From assembly GCF_003704095.1 (NCBI RefSeq), contig NW_020843690.1:124001-188000 (forward strand): DNA of 64,000 bases. The letters run 5' to 3'. The DNA is from Pocillopora damicornis. Its lineage: Eukaryota. Each line of letters opens with the position of its first letter. Within the stretch, counting starts at the first letter, position 1. Positions 26,830 to 40,072 of the stretch are shown one piece after another. A model generated the notes under the pieces. That model searched no databases. It saw nothing but the letters and a program-made list of their open reading frames with translations, and had not been told where the DNA came from. Both the position numbers and the translations under genes were made by a program.

Positions 26830-28242
26830 TTGTTTGTTTGTTTGTTTTTGTTTGATTTATTTGTTTGTTTGTTTTTCCCTTGAAGACAAATATAGACCAG
26901 CGACAAAAACATTTCATTTTGATCGGCCGTCTGCTTATTTCCCAAGGTGCCATGAATCATGAGTAACTCATTTGTTGCGAAAGGGCGGAGGGGGGGAAAT
27001 TTGGTTTTTACAACTTTTCACCATGCACCCCATCCTGGTCATTCCTTTCCAAAGCAGGAGAGGGGGGGAAGTTGGTTTTTACAACCTAGCATCATGCACC
27101 CAATCCCGGTCAAACCTTGCGGAAACCAAACATGGTGGATAAATAGCCAAAAACAATTTTCATGAAATGGTAACTTGGGCGTTTCTTCGCTATGCATAGA
27201 GGGAACTTATCTTATCTTTGTGTCAAAAGAGGACCGCAGAGGATGGAATGGGTTTGGTACATTATCGCAGTTTATTTCGAAATCTTAAACAACAGTTTAT
27301 CTCAAAACTGGCTCTAAAAGCTGTGAAGTAACAAACAAAGGACGATGTTTTACATCATTTACACGAGAATTACATTTTGAAATATGAAAAGCTTATCATC
27401 TAGCTATATATTTAGCTACCTTCGATATAATCAGCAGGGTTAGCCCTAGATATATATTTCATATACCTTGTAAGAAAACGCAGACAGGATTTCTAGGTCG
27501 CTGTCGGTTGCAATAAGGGATCAAAAAGCAGTTTGTTTGTTTTCTTTTGGCCTGGTTGAGTTTCAGCAAAATTGCGTCTTTTTTTGACAACTACTTCATT
27601 CGTCTCGGCAATCATTACAGTTCTTTGACGATTCAAATTTTTCATAAGTTTGTTTATGGATGATTTTTCCTTAGTGGAAAAATCATTTGAACTGGAAATC
27701 TCCCTTGCTTCCCATTAATCTACATTGGAAAAGTTCTAACCATAATAGGCTTAGTATTATTTCACCCGCACCCTGTAGCTAATCTCGGTGTTGATGAATT
27801 CTGGAAGCTATTTGCGTGGGAGCCTAAAAGAATATCATTTTAATTAAAATTTTAAATAAGAACCCCTGAGGAGTAATGAATTGGCATGGAATTGGAAAAG
27901 TTCTAACCATAATAAGCTCGCAGCAACACTCTCTTTCCGGGACCCTAACGTCTTTCTGTCAGTAAAAGCTAGTCTCTTCGTAAAGAAGAAAATAAAAGCA
28001 AAACATGCTTTCGAGGGTTATCAGTGCACATTCCAACCCATTCTTACGCAATGAAAATTATTAATACCACTTTGTAATAATTCATATTAGTGAGAACAGT
28101 GAGAAATTAAATACAGTTCTCTCAAGATTTCGTTGTTCCACTGCATAATCAAGGATAAAAAACACTCTTTAGTACAAATCTACATAGGATGGTGAACTGC
28201 TACGTAGTGGTAGACATTGCTACTGAACAAGGCTACCGTGTA

Positions 28243-30236
28243 TTAGCACTGTCTACCACTTTTCTTGCTTGCTTTTCTTTCTTGTTTTCCCCGCTCGATA
28301 GACAGTTTAACCCAGTTGAGACAACACAGCATCTAAGAAAAGAAAAGAGAGCGAGGCGACCTAACGAGTCAACAGTAAAACAAAAATAATCCTTGTGGAA
28401 GTAAATAAAACCTGGACCGTTCTTGGTTAGTGGAAACGAGTGAAATAATCAGGCCATAAAAAATAGGGAAGCCGTTTTCTGACAACCACAACAACATTAG
28501 TATGTTCGCCTTCGATTCTACATTGCACACCTCCACTAACCGAAGGACTGAGACAGGTTAGCTCGCATAGCATCATTTCAACGCACTGGACTGAGTCATC
28601 TCACATAAAACCGGCTGTGTTAGCAATATAGACTATAAGATCGTACAATTTATCTTTTCATAATTGTAATACTTCAATAAATAAATCGTAATAAATACCT
28701 CTTTGAACTTCTCCACAGTAACAGATGCATGTTCACTGGGTAGGATCTTTACGTGAGCAAGGTGATCATTTATCACTTGGAATTCTTCTGGTATTGGCGT
28801 ACCTGTTTCTAATAGCCATATCTGATCGTCCCTAACTCCATTCAGGCACTCTCTAAGGGCATCTACGGTTTTAAACGTGCTGAAACCTAGGGGAAAGATG
28901 GTTGAAGCAATTACTTCAAATTTAATTCTTAACAACGTTTTTTTTTTTTTTCACAAGAGTGCTGCAAGCATAGCCCTATAGGAGCACAGAGGCGTGATTC
29001 TCGTTCGCGAGTAATGGCAGATTTTCACTCAATGAGAGCCAAATAGAAGATCATTATAATGACGTACTGAAACCTAGAAGATAGTTGAACCTGAGTATTT
29101 TAAAATGTATCTCTTTACCTTGATCTTCCCTCTTTTGGTAAGATTTTTTAGAAGCATAGCCCTGTAGGAGCAGTGAAGTCTAACTTTCATTCATCTATCT
29201 ACTAATTCAAACCACTCTCCCTCCTTCTCTTCTTTCCCTACCTGCCTATCTTTCCTTCTTCGCTTCCTTTTGTTTTATTTTGGTCGAAAGTAACTGAGAA
29301 ACTAGATATGAGAACATTACAATGAAACAATTTTTATAGGATGTATAAGTTTGAAGTTAGCTAGACCTTCATCTCATTGCTACAATGGGAAGATTTCCTT
29401 TCGGGAAAGAAAAACCCAGCAATATTTGCCTATAGCCCCATATTAATATGTGAGAGGCACGAGCTCGTATCCCGTCAAAGCCTGAATTGTTTCAGGTTTC
29501 TTTTCGGCTACTGCTTAAGTTGCAGCCCACCTAGAAGGGTCATTTCTCAATTGTGTTTCATCCGCAGGTCAAAATAGACCAATTGTGAACATCAGTATTA
29601 GTTTACCCGCACCCTGTAGCTAATCTCGGTATTGATTAATTCTGGAAGCCATTTGCGTGAGAGCCTAAAAGAATATCATTTTAATGAAAATTTTAAATAA
29701 GAACCCCTGAGGAGTAGTGAATTGGCATGGCAGATAATTGTCTACAAGTTGAAACGCGACTTATCCTTGTGGAAACAAGACTGCCCTTCTTTTATCTTTC
29801 TAAAAGATTTATCTCAAGTAAATTCTTCCTCTTAGACTTCCGTAAGAAGAAATTTTAGCTGATGGGACGAAGGTTTAGAAAAAAGGCTGATAGGATCAGC
29901 AAAGTTCCCTGAAAACAAGATGGCTTAAGCTGTGTTTCGTGCAATGCATTTACCTGAAGATAACCCCACAATGATCAGTCCAGTTTCTTCCTCAACGACA
30001 AAATCGTAATTGAATCTCCCCCTTTGCCTCCCACTAGATCTCTCCGTCTCATCCATTTTTCTCTCATAGAAGTCTGTATAATCACTTCTTAAGCACATTC
30101 TTAGTTTTTCTTCTCTCCTGAAGAGTCTCTCCGGCGCCTTTGCAGATCTAAACAAATTTTCAGTTGTCTGTTGGTTGTAGTTTAATGCAAACCTCGAGCC
30201 ATCTTCCCGATCCACCAAAATCCCCATTTGTGCCAT
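28243..30236 (-). CDS. Tse2-like ADP-ribosyltransferase-fold protein A, 3 exons, 186 aa
   Basis: Exons 30236-29954, 28886-28699 and 28332-28243 total 561 nt and are open. Motifs in order: NLFR, FNYDFVVEEETGLII, GFSTF, IWLLETGTPIPEEFQVINDHLAHVKILP, FKEMLCCLNW. This matches my recollection of the ADPRTs_Tse2 pattern. Confidence 0.7.
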
Positions 30237-30845
30237 AATCAAAAAGGACGCTTTGAAAGTGTTTCAAGATTTCAATTTCAAGAGCGTTCGATCTGTTTAC
30301 GAGGTTTTTGTACTAACCGAGTTGAATCACTCTAAAGCTCAAAAAGCTGTGAGGGTCTGACACTCACTGACGTCAGCTTGAGAATCTCTTTATTATGGCC
30401 AAGTTACATAACCAAATCAGTTGAAAGCGCTCGATTATGAATTTTGATTATAATTCAAATTTCTAAAAAATTGCAACTCACTGGAAAGTGCGAACACCCT
30501 CGGGGATAAGCGCGTAACTTGTTTTTTGGCTCTTTCAAAATTTCATATTTAGGTTGATTTGCAAATTCAGGCCAAATTTTATTGCCAACCAGAGGGTTTC
30601 CGCTTACAGAGAGCGTAAATAAACCAAAATCCAATTTCATTTTCAAAATTGTCCACCTCCGCTTACCAAAGAGTAAGCTTCCGGGAATGTGTACATTAAT
30701 ACAAAAATGTATACAGTTGTTAAATAGTAATGCCAAAAAAAAAATTACTTTTTGCTCAATAAAAGATATTAATTATGGTATTTTAGTTTCCAAGGGGATG
30801 TGTGTTCTGTGAGAGGAATGACGTTAAACTTTGTACGCAGCTGTA

Positions 30846-30958
30846 ATGAATCAATTGTTCAAAATCTTTAAGTTATCCGGCCAGAAAATCTTCGCTGATA
30901 ATCAGTTGCTCGATTTCATCGAGTTATCTATATCCACAACAAGAGGTTAAACTATAAG
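30846..30958 (+). pseudogene. Dead duplicate of exon 1 of the 31981 gene
   Basis: MNQLFKIFKLSGQKIFADNQLLDFIELSISTTRG*TI, within the duplicated block ~30740-31175 / ~31875-32285. Confidence 0.75.
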
Positions 30959-31980
30959 GTAAAAAACTCTCTATTGCTATGTAATTCATCGAGATCTTCC
31001 TCCATCTGAGGGTGTTTCAAATTTTTTTTTAATAGAAAGGGAACCTGCAACTCTATTTAAATCAAAGGGGAGACGAAAATCATAATCTCCAATCTAAGAT
31101 TTCGAAAATAAATGATAAAGAGCTTCAAGAACTGAACATTGCTTTCGATAAAACATGTTTAGTTCCTTTTTAGTTCCCGCTGTTCTTTGGCTTCTCCAAA
31201 AACTCATATTTTGGTTGATTTGCAAATAAAGCCAATTTTTTTGCCAATTAGTGGGTTTCCGCCGAGAGAGAGCGTAAACAAGCCAAAAAACTCCAAAAAC
31301 TCATATTTTGGTTGATTTGCAAATAAAGCCAATTTTTTTGCCAATTAGTGGGTTTCCGCCGAGAGAGAGCGTAAACAAGCCAAAATTCAATTTCCTTTTC
31401 AAAATTGACCACCTCCACTTACCAAAGAGCAAGCTTACGGGAATGTGTAAATAAAAAGTTTTACTGGGAGGCAAAGAGGGGGATTGAAAAACGTGTAAGT
31501 ACGACTGTCCGCTTACGAAAGGGTCTGTTAGCAGAGATTCAACTGTAGCTACCAAAGCAATTCCTCCTAACTGAGCGAACTTCCTCATCCAAAGGTTGCC
31601 ACCATAATGACAACGATCATTACAATTGCACTGACTTTTTTTCATTGCATGCTCGGTTTCAAACCGATTTTTTTCAATTTATTGCAACACCCACGATGCC
31701 TCCCTCTGCTGTTGCTGATTAAGCATAAGTAGTACAATTAGTGAAAATCTGAAAATCCTAACAAAGTTAAGGCCTCACCTAACGATCAACACACTTAGAT
31801 GTATTTATTATTCTCCGGGTAAATTACTTTTTAGATGTGTAAAAAAGCTGTTCTTAAATAGTCCTGCCAACGAAAAAAATCACTTTTTGCTCAGTAAAAT
31901 ATGTTTATTTTGGTGATCTGGTTTCCAAGGGGAAGTGTGTTCTGTGAGAGGAATGACGTTAAACTTTGTACGCAGCTGTA

Positions 31981-34900
31981 ATGAATCAATTGTTCAAAGT
32001 TTTTAAGTTGTCCGAACAGCAAGTCTTCGCTGATAATCAATTACTCGATTTCGTCGAGTTATCGACATCCACAACAAAAGGTGAAACTTTAAGGTAAGTA
32101 GTCCGCTATTGCTATGTAATGTATCAAGATGTTCCTCTATCTGAGGGTTTTTCAATTTTTTTTTTGTGGAAAATAAAAATAAAAAAATAAAAAAACCAAA
32201 ATCGTAATCCCCTTTCTAGGATTTCGATGAAGAGCTTCAAGAGCCGAACAATACTTTCGATAAAACATGTTTAGTTCCTTTTTAGTTGAAGGGAGTGGAG
32301 AGAGGTAAAGAAGAGAGTTATTTATCGGACTCTTGCTAATATCAAACGAACGGACACCTTTCTACCCGATCGCCGCTGTTCTTCAGCTTTTTCAAAAGGT
32401 CATATTTTGCCGATTCATTTGCAAATTCAAGCCAAATTTTATTTCCAATTAATGGGTTTCCATTAGAGAGAGCGTAAACAAACCAAAATTCAATTTCCTT
32501 TTCAAAATTGTCCACCAAAAAGTAATTTACCCGGAGAATGATAAATATACCTAAGTGTGTTGATCGTTAGTTGAGGCCTTAACTTTGTTGGGATATTCAT
32601 ATTGTCACTAATTTTACTACTTAAGAAATCAGCACACCTAGGTACTTGAGAAATTAGGATTGCTCTACTGACAAATGTTTGCTATTTTTAATGGTGGATA
32701 TCGATTTTGATTTTTCTTTTGCCACGGTATGAAGAATATATATTTAGTTTTGGAAAGATTTAAGGTTAATTTGTTATTACATAACCATTCATAAACAGTA
32801 TATATGTAGATGGTTATCCATGTCATTTAATAGAATGTCGAGGTTGGTTCCAAAGGCTGTTCGGAAAATCATTGAATGATGTAGATGAGAAACAGAAGAG
32901 GACCATCATTTGCATAAACTTACATCGATTCTGTAAGCATTCTCGATGTTGGGTTGGAATTCCAGACCATTCTTTAGAAGAAGTTTCCGGAGCTCCGTTG
33001 TACGATCTTCCCCAACATTTTCGGGCACGTTGTAGAATCTCAGGTTTTAATCTCTTGACTAATTCACTTAAAGAGAGTGGAGTGAGGTAAAGAAAACTGC
33101 GGGGATGGCTTAGCGGTCAAAGGAACCCATGATTGTTACAGCTACGAAGCCAAATAGAAGGTCGAATGACAGTTTAAAAGACTGAACCTTTCGCGCGAAA
33201 GCTGTGGCAAGGGTACTATCAGACAAAAATGTTAAAGCCAAAGAACATTCTTGTTTACGTGACTGGAACTACCACCGGTCCAGTGCTAGATGTAAGCGAC
33301 AAAGTTGAAGGTAAATATCGAATTCACTTTAATATCCTAATTATTATAGTAGAGTGACCCTGGTACGCATCTTTCATCCATATTGCAAGTTATTTCTAAC
33401 CTGTAAGGAGCTTCACGAAAGGGACTGTTAGCAGAGAGTTAACCGTAGCTACCAACTTCAATGAAATAGGATATATAATTTTTCCTATTCTCCTTTCCTA
33501 TACTCGCTCACGCGTGAGCGCAGCGAACTGGAATCGTTTTTCGCTTTAAGCATTTTACCTAAGGTGATAAGTCCCTTGTTCATCTTGGAGGGCTGTAACC
33601 ACACCTGTGGTTGAACTTTGGCCTGGAGTAGCAGATTTTTGTGAACCGCCATGGCGCTCTTTTGGCGCGCTTTTTCCGCTCGAATGGCGGCTGGATTTTG
33701 TTGTAGTTTTTGTGGCCGCCGCTGTCCTCATGTATGAAAGTTGAGAGACTTAACATATATCTTCTAACCCATCTCAAGTGACATGGTGGGATCTTTTTTT
33801 CAAAGAAATAGGCTGAGTATGCCGTTTAGAGGAGGAGTCAACGTGCTTCTCTACACCTTTACCTTGTTCTTGATGAAATCCGGCAAGTTTGTCAGTCCAG
33901 GCGGTCAAAACTGCGCCTGAAACCGATCTGACGCGGAAAAAAAAACTGTCGTACTTTCGTTTGCTTGTGGCGATAGTTCGCCCATCTTAAATTGCAGAGA
34001 AAATCTTTCTCTTTGGAGAGGAACTTCTAACACAGCTAATCTAATCGGCGACAAGCGTTGCACTGATCGGCGAATGCTCTTACAATCTCATGGCTCTCTC
34101 AGCATGGAAACGCGGCAGAATTACTTTGCGGAAGAAATAAAAAAAATGAAAACGTGGGTAAAAGTTCATGAAGTCTCGCAACAATGAGGACGATGCGGAT
34201 GCGAGTAAATGTGGTGATGAAAATTACAACAATAATGAGGGCGACATAGATCAGGAGTCCCGAGTCAGGGATGTTTAATCATCTGTCTTTTAATATCATT
34301 TATCAATAAAGGGCAAAATTACTGAGCGCTGATTGGTTGAGAGAGAGGGCATTTTTTCTTAATCGAGGGCATTTTTAGTAATCAAGAGAGGGCATGATTA
34401 CCTGTTAATGATTGGCTAATCCGTTGCATAGCAACCGTTCGTTATCTTGAAATTTGTTAAAAATAGACTGCGCGCGTGATTTTCCTTCGTATAAATTTTG
34501 CCCTTTATTGATAAACAAGTAATCCCATGAGACCTCGTACTATTAAGGATTAATTGCACTTGAGTTTTCAAAATTTTGGAAAATTTTGAAAACTCTCGTG
34601 CAATTAATCCTTAATAGTACTTGGCCTCATGTGATTACATATACTAATCCAGGTTAAAACAAAAAGTATCCCTTCATTTTTAGTTTGGCTGATTACGGAT
34701 CCAAGATTGTATTATCCTCTTCATCAAGAAAAAGACACAAAAAAATGGAACCAAAGACAACGAAAACGAGGCAGTGTTGATGTCTACCTCTGGAAAGCTG
34801 TCATAGATCCTTCCAAGCTACAGGTGGAAGATCATCCACAGTTTAAAGGTGTCTGCCTTGTCAAAACAGATGGAAAAATAACTTCTCCTCGTTGTCCAGG

Positions 34901-37195
34901 AGTAATGCTTCATTCTCTTCAATTTATTATTTTCACTTTTAGGCTTTGTTTAGCTGACCATTGTTCTATCCTTTCTGACATTTTTTACATGAAATCTGCG
35001 TAGGAGTAGTCTAAGTGTTGTCAATATCATGGCTGTTTCGAAATTTTTTCCCCATATATTGTTTTCTTTATTCTTTTGATTTCGCGGTTTCTTGAAAAAT
35101 ATCTTGGCCTTTAACTATCTTTTCCACCCATAGAAAGCACATAATTCCCTGCAACTACACAAGGATCTAGATCTAGAATGGGAAAAAGCTGAGGTTCCGA
35201 AGTGTCGAGGAGGAATGTCTTTACTGGATTGTAATTCCTTGGTGCAAGCCATTGTAGAGTACATGAAGGACAACTACCCTACTACACCGGAAGAGTTTAA
35301 CTTTCAGGCGGAACTGAAAGTTGTTAGTCACTGGGACTGGTTCGAAGGAAAAGAGTCACCGAGACGTAAACCAGGTCCTCGTGACGACTTCCGTATAAAA
35401 AAGGCAGTGAAGAAAACATTTACAAAATGGTGTAAGGATGTAAGGGATCAAGAGTCAGCCAGTCAGTCCTCAGAATCTGATGACGAGTACATATCAGGTA
35501 AAGTTTGAAGTGTAGTTTCATGCTGTACGTGTTTGACCACTGGGGAATAATCAACTGCTATTCACCGAGAAATAGGTGGCTAGTGATGGATATTTACCAA
35601 GCATCGAAGGGCTAGGTAAATATCCAGCACTAGCCACCGACACTGAGGTGAATAATTGTTTAAGTATATACTGAAACGGTAGGATAATATGACGCAATAA
35701 GATGATTTCGATGCATTTATTTATAAAACGATTACATTTTATTTGGGGTGCAAATCCTGCGCTCGTTTCTCGGTAGTGAATCGCAAAGCATATCCGGGGT
35801 TTGTAGATCAGTTGATAAACACAGCCAGCAGATTATTCGCTATTTTCATTATAAATAGTACATACCACTAAGGTGAATGGTTTTCGTGCTTTGGTTGTTT
35901 TAATTGGCTAATGCTGATTCAATTTATGTTGTTTCTGAGCAGGTTTAAAAGAAGATATTTGTGCTCTCAAAATGTATTTCAACAAAGGAGGTAAGCATTC
36001 AGTGAAAACATAAAATTAATTGATAACTAAAATTTGTATATTGTAAAGTCCATGTAAGTATTATCAAATGCACTTAACAAGAATAAAACATAGTTAACAA
36101 CATTCATTGAGCCTGAGGTGAATAATTGTTTTAGTGTAATTGCTCAGGTGTCTTCGAAGATCGTTGTAAATTCGGTACCATTCTGTTACAATTGTTTTGA
36201 TAACTCAGAAAAAACTTCATTAGTTTCTTATAGAAGGTGTACGCCAAACGTAATAGCACATTTTGTGTTTATCAGAATTGCAGTTTGTTAAATCGCGTTT
36301 ATCAGTTCCTACCAAACATTAACAAAATGCAAGGTAGCTATTTTGAAATTTAGCGTCCCTGCTATAATCACCTGGCGCTAGGTGATTACAGCGTGAAATA
36401 ATGCAATCCTCGACCAATCAGAACGCACGCTTTTCCATTCTCATCGGAGCAGTTCCACTTAAAGTTTATATATTATCATTATTATTATTACCAGTTTATT
36501 ATATTAATAAGGTAGACCATTTTTGTAGTCTAAAGAGGTAATAATCGTAAAAGGGTCTCTTAATCAGTTTGGTTATGAACGGTATGTAACTAAATAACAT
36601 GGAGCTTATCTATCTTTAGAGCTGGAAGAAGATGAAACAGAAAATGAGAAATACTCCTATGTGCAGTATGAAAATGAGGATGAGTGTAGCCCAATAAAAC
36701 TAAAATTGACCAAGGTGAGCTGGGGAGGCCTGTTATAAGTTTTTTCCTCCAAATGTTCTGGGAAAGATTGTCCATCGTAAGCTGTTTAAAAGACAGAAAA
36801 TTTACTTAAAAAAATTCCAAATTTCGCTTGCTCTACGAGCTCGTGCAATTTTTAGACCATTTGTTGTCTTTGAAAGATTTACTCGAGCTTATAAAAACCA
36901 AATTGCACTCGAAATCGTTTTATTACCTATACAAAACTGCCAGTTTATCTCTTCATTAATTTTTACAGGACAACGCACCAAATGGGGTGGCCAAGAGCGC
37001 TCTGCATTTGGATGGAGACTTGCATTACGAGGAGGAAACATTACTGAAAAGAAGATCAGGGAAAAGGGTGCGTCACAAAAGGAGAAGAGAAGAGGATGTA
37101 TTACGACTAAGATCAAGGAAAATTATACGCAAATCACTAAAATTGGTTATTCCCAAACCAAAAACACTTTCAGTTCAGTGATTTATTACACTTAA
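31981..37195 (+). pseudogene. Multi-exon gene with three in-frame stops in exon 2; possible long, divergent Tse2-like paralog
   Basis: Phase-compatible exons 31981-32093, 32799-33310 (stops at 33088, 33130, 33175), 34684-34901, 35134-35497, 35943-35990 and 36969-~37195 (frame of the last exon uncertain). Confidence 0.65.
34298..34640. repeat. Palindromic MITE-like repeat (two inverted-repeat units)
   Basis: tttatcaataaagggcaaaatt (~34298) is inverted at ~34494-34515, and 34519-34637 forms a long hairpin. Confidence 0.7.
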
Positions 37196-39298
37196 AGTAG
37201 ATGTAGTGTTGTTAGAAACAAATTTTATGCTAATAGCAACAATAGTGAACTCTTCTAACTATTTGCCAATGCAATGCCCTCAGTACTGGGAAACCACCAT
37301 CTCCAACTCTGCAACTCTTGTATACAACGAGATTCTGCTGAAAATTGAGGGTCTCAATGAGGTCCGTCATTCGTCAAGCATCTAAAGATTTAGATTGGTA
37401 GTGCAAGAGATTATAATCTCTTGGTTAGTACCGTCAGCCATTGAAAACGAAGCAAAATATTAACCGTCGAACGCTTCATAGATATTTCACATCATTATTT
37501 GAGCCTTTTGCCACCACAGGTAGTCCAAGTTCGCACAGCGAGTTCTGTAAATATGTAAACACGTTGCGCAAAGGGAGAATATAGGGATCTGAACGGTAAT
37601 AAACGGTCGCACTTGTTGCGTCGGTCGCACCGAAAAATTTGAACTAGTCTTGAGTAGAAACACATTTGTCTCGGTTAATAGAATTCGTTCGTCGGTCAGA
37701 ATCAGAGCGAGATTCACTCCGAGTTACTTAGCGCTAGAGACAGTCGGAGGGACTGGCCAAAGTACGACGGGAGGGAGAAATGAAACCAGTGTTAGTCATT
37801 GTTACTTAAAAAAGAAGGGACAGGTCTATAGTTACCCCTCAACCACTTTGCAGCATTTTATATGTTGGAGGGGTGAAAATGTTTACCACACTATGCTTGA
37901 ATTGGGAAGGTCAAGAACTGAGAATCAAATAAACTTTAAAACGTCACGAACGTCTTAAGGTTAAAAGCCATAGACATCGGGAAAGTTTATTAATTCTCTT
38001 GTATCACATATTCAAGGAATTTAAAGCTGTACATATCGATTTAGAGCACCACGTTTTGGAAGAATTTCTTTTAAATAGTAGTTATACTGGCAACCTTAAT
38101 GGGAGTCTAGAGCAAAGACTCGCCTTAGACCCATTGATTTAGCATTTTCTTTTTATCCATGCTCTGCAGTTTCAAGATCCAGTAAACACAAACATTCATG
38201 ATGCACAAAACATTTAATACATTTACACTTATACAATAAGTTTCAGATATGGCTCAATTAGCGATTTTGACACAATTATTTCAATGAACTATACGTATGC
38301 GTATATATCCACAATCAATGCTATTACCCTAGAACTGAATTTTTTCGCTGACATGAATATTAAACTTTTACCGCTTCACCAAAAAAGAGTATGTTTGTAT
38401 TCTTATGTATCTTTTATATATATAAGCGTGAAATTTTCCTCTGCTTGCTAAAGGCTAAATTTCCCCTAACTGATCCACTGAGTTTGACAAACTTTCACTG
38501 TTCCGCGTTCCACAGAGTTTTTCTAACAAATTTTCTTCATTAACAAAGTTCATGCGATTTGCGGCTGAACAAAGAGGTCTTTCAGATTCTTAGATCTTTT
38601 TTGTCTATCCCTACATATTCTGCTGACAAAAATTTACCGGTCTACCCAAAGGATTGTTTATTTGATGGGTTTCTCTGGTAAACAAAAAGTTCAAATTTAA
38701 GGGAACAAGATAGGATACAAAGAAGATCAAGTTAAAGATATATAAAAAATAGAGATGGGTTATTCCCAACCCCAAATACTTCTTAACTGATATCTTGTTG
38801 TGGAGCATTTCTGCTCTCAAATTTGATTACTTTGTCTTCTCCTATTTTTAATTGTTTATTAAATAAGACTTTTTTTTATTATCGCTAGAATAGATTTGTA
38901 AAATTGAAACAGAAAACGTTGGGGCATAAGATAATTAAACGTAGCTTTCCAAACAGTACTAGCTCGGTTTTGTCCAGAGGTGGGAGGGAGGAAAAGCATT
39001 GTTTCCTTGACCTCGCAATGTTTTAATTCACTTTTTCTTGCAATTGAGAAATCAAGAACAAACGTAAGCTCTCTCAGTCTCAGGTCAAAATGAAGTGCAG
39101 GTGGATAATACTACCAGTCGTAGCACTACTACAGCCCTTCTTTCATTTTACGTGGGTCAACATTTTCATATCCTTTTTACTGTTGTACATCCGAGTGATA
39201 TTTCTTTCTTCAGAAAGAAGAAAATTGCTTATGTCTATCTTGATAACCACACAAAATCGAAGATCTAACTCTACTTCTCTCGTGCGGCTTCGTGCGGG

Positions 39299-40072
39299 TT
39301 ATGGAGTGTATTTCTTCCAGGGAAGGCAGCTCAGCATCTGGAAGAAATAAAATTGGAAAAGTATCGGGTTGAAGATGAGTCGAGGAACCATCAATTTTTT
39401 TGTCAAAAAAAAAAAAAATGTATATATATAAAGAAATAAAATAGAAACTAAAATCATATTAGTAATGTTCAAAATATCATTTTCAATTATGCAGAAGATT
39501 AATTTTAGATATTTATTTATTTACTTTTTTTAATTGAAAATTAATGCTTCCGCGCATTGAGTTGTTACGCTTTACTTTTGACGGGACCACAAGCATGTGT
39601 GTGTTATCATATCTTGGCTGGTGCAAAACAGAAAAGGAGAGAAGCTGAAACGTCATAAACTTATCGGAGTTTACGGAGCTTTCTTGCGTAAGAATTACTG
39701 AATAGACGATGACAAAAGTCTGCTTATTTCTCAATATATCCATTACACCCTTAACTTTAGCTTTAAATCTTTGTTACCCAAAACAAAATTCGGTAACCCC
39801 TTAAAAGAGTAAATGAGTTGCAATCAACATGACAGTATTCATTTCCTGCCAAGTTTTGAAAAAATCTGTACGTAATGACCCACCTTAAATTCTAAAAAAT
39901 AAATCTGCTCGGCTGTGTGTAAAATCTTTTTTGGAATAAATTGCAGTTTTATACATGCCTGTACAAATTCCCTTTGGAATTTACGTCAATAATATTGTCC
40001 CTTGTAAAAGGGGTATTGAGGTTTCCCTTCGGCCTAATGTATCCTTTGAGAGGGCGACCCTCAAACACAACT
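39299..40072 (-). pseudogene. Remnant of a Tse2-like gene (3' half of exon 2 plus exon 3)
   Basis: The exon 2 remnant at ~39985-40072 reads VVFEGRPLKGYIRPKGNLNTP with a 1-nt insertion. Exon 3 at 39337-39299 reads MLSCLPWKKYTP*. The block 38960-40290 is homologous to 53980-55150 and 58560-58750. Confidence 0.8.

Noticed and set aside
29119-29161. Possible 43-nt cassette exon in intron 1 of Tse2-like gene A
   Set aside because: Including it would shift the frame, and direct exon 1-2 splicing matches the paralogs.
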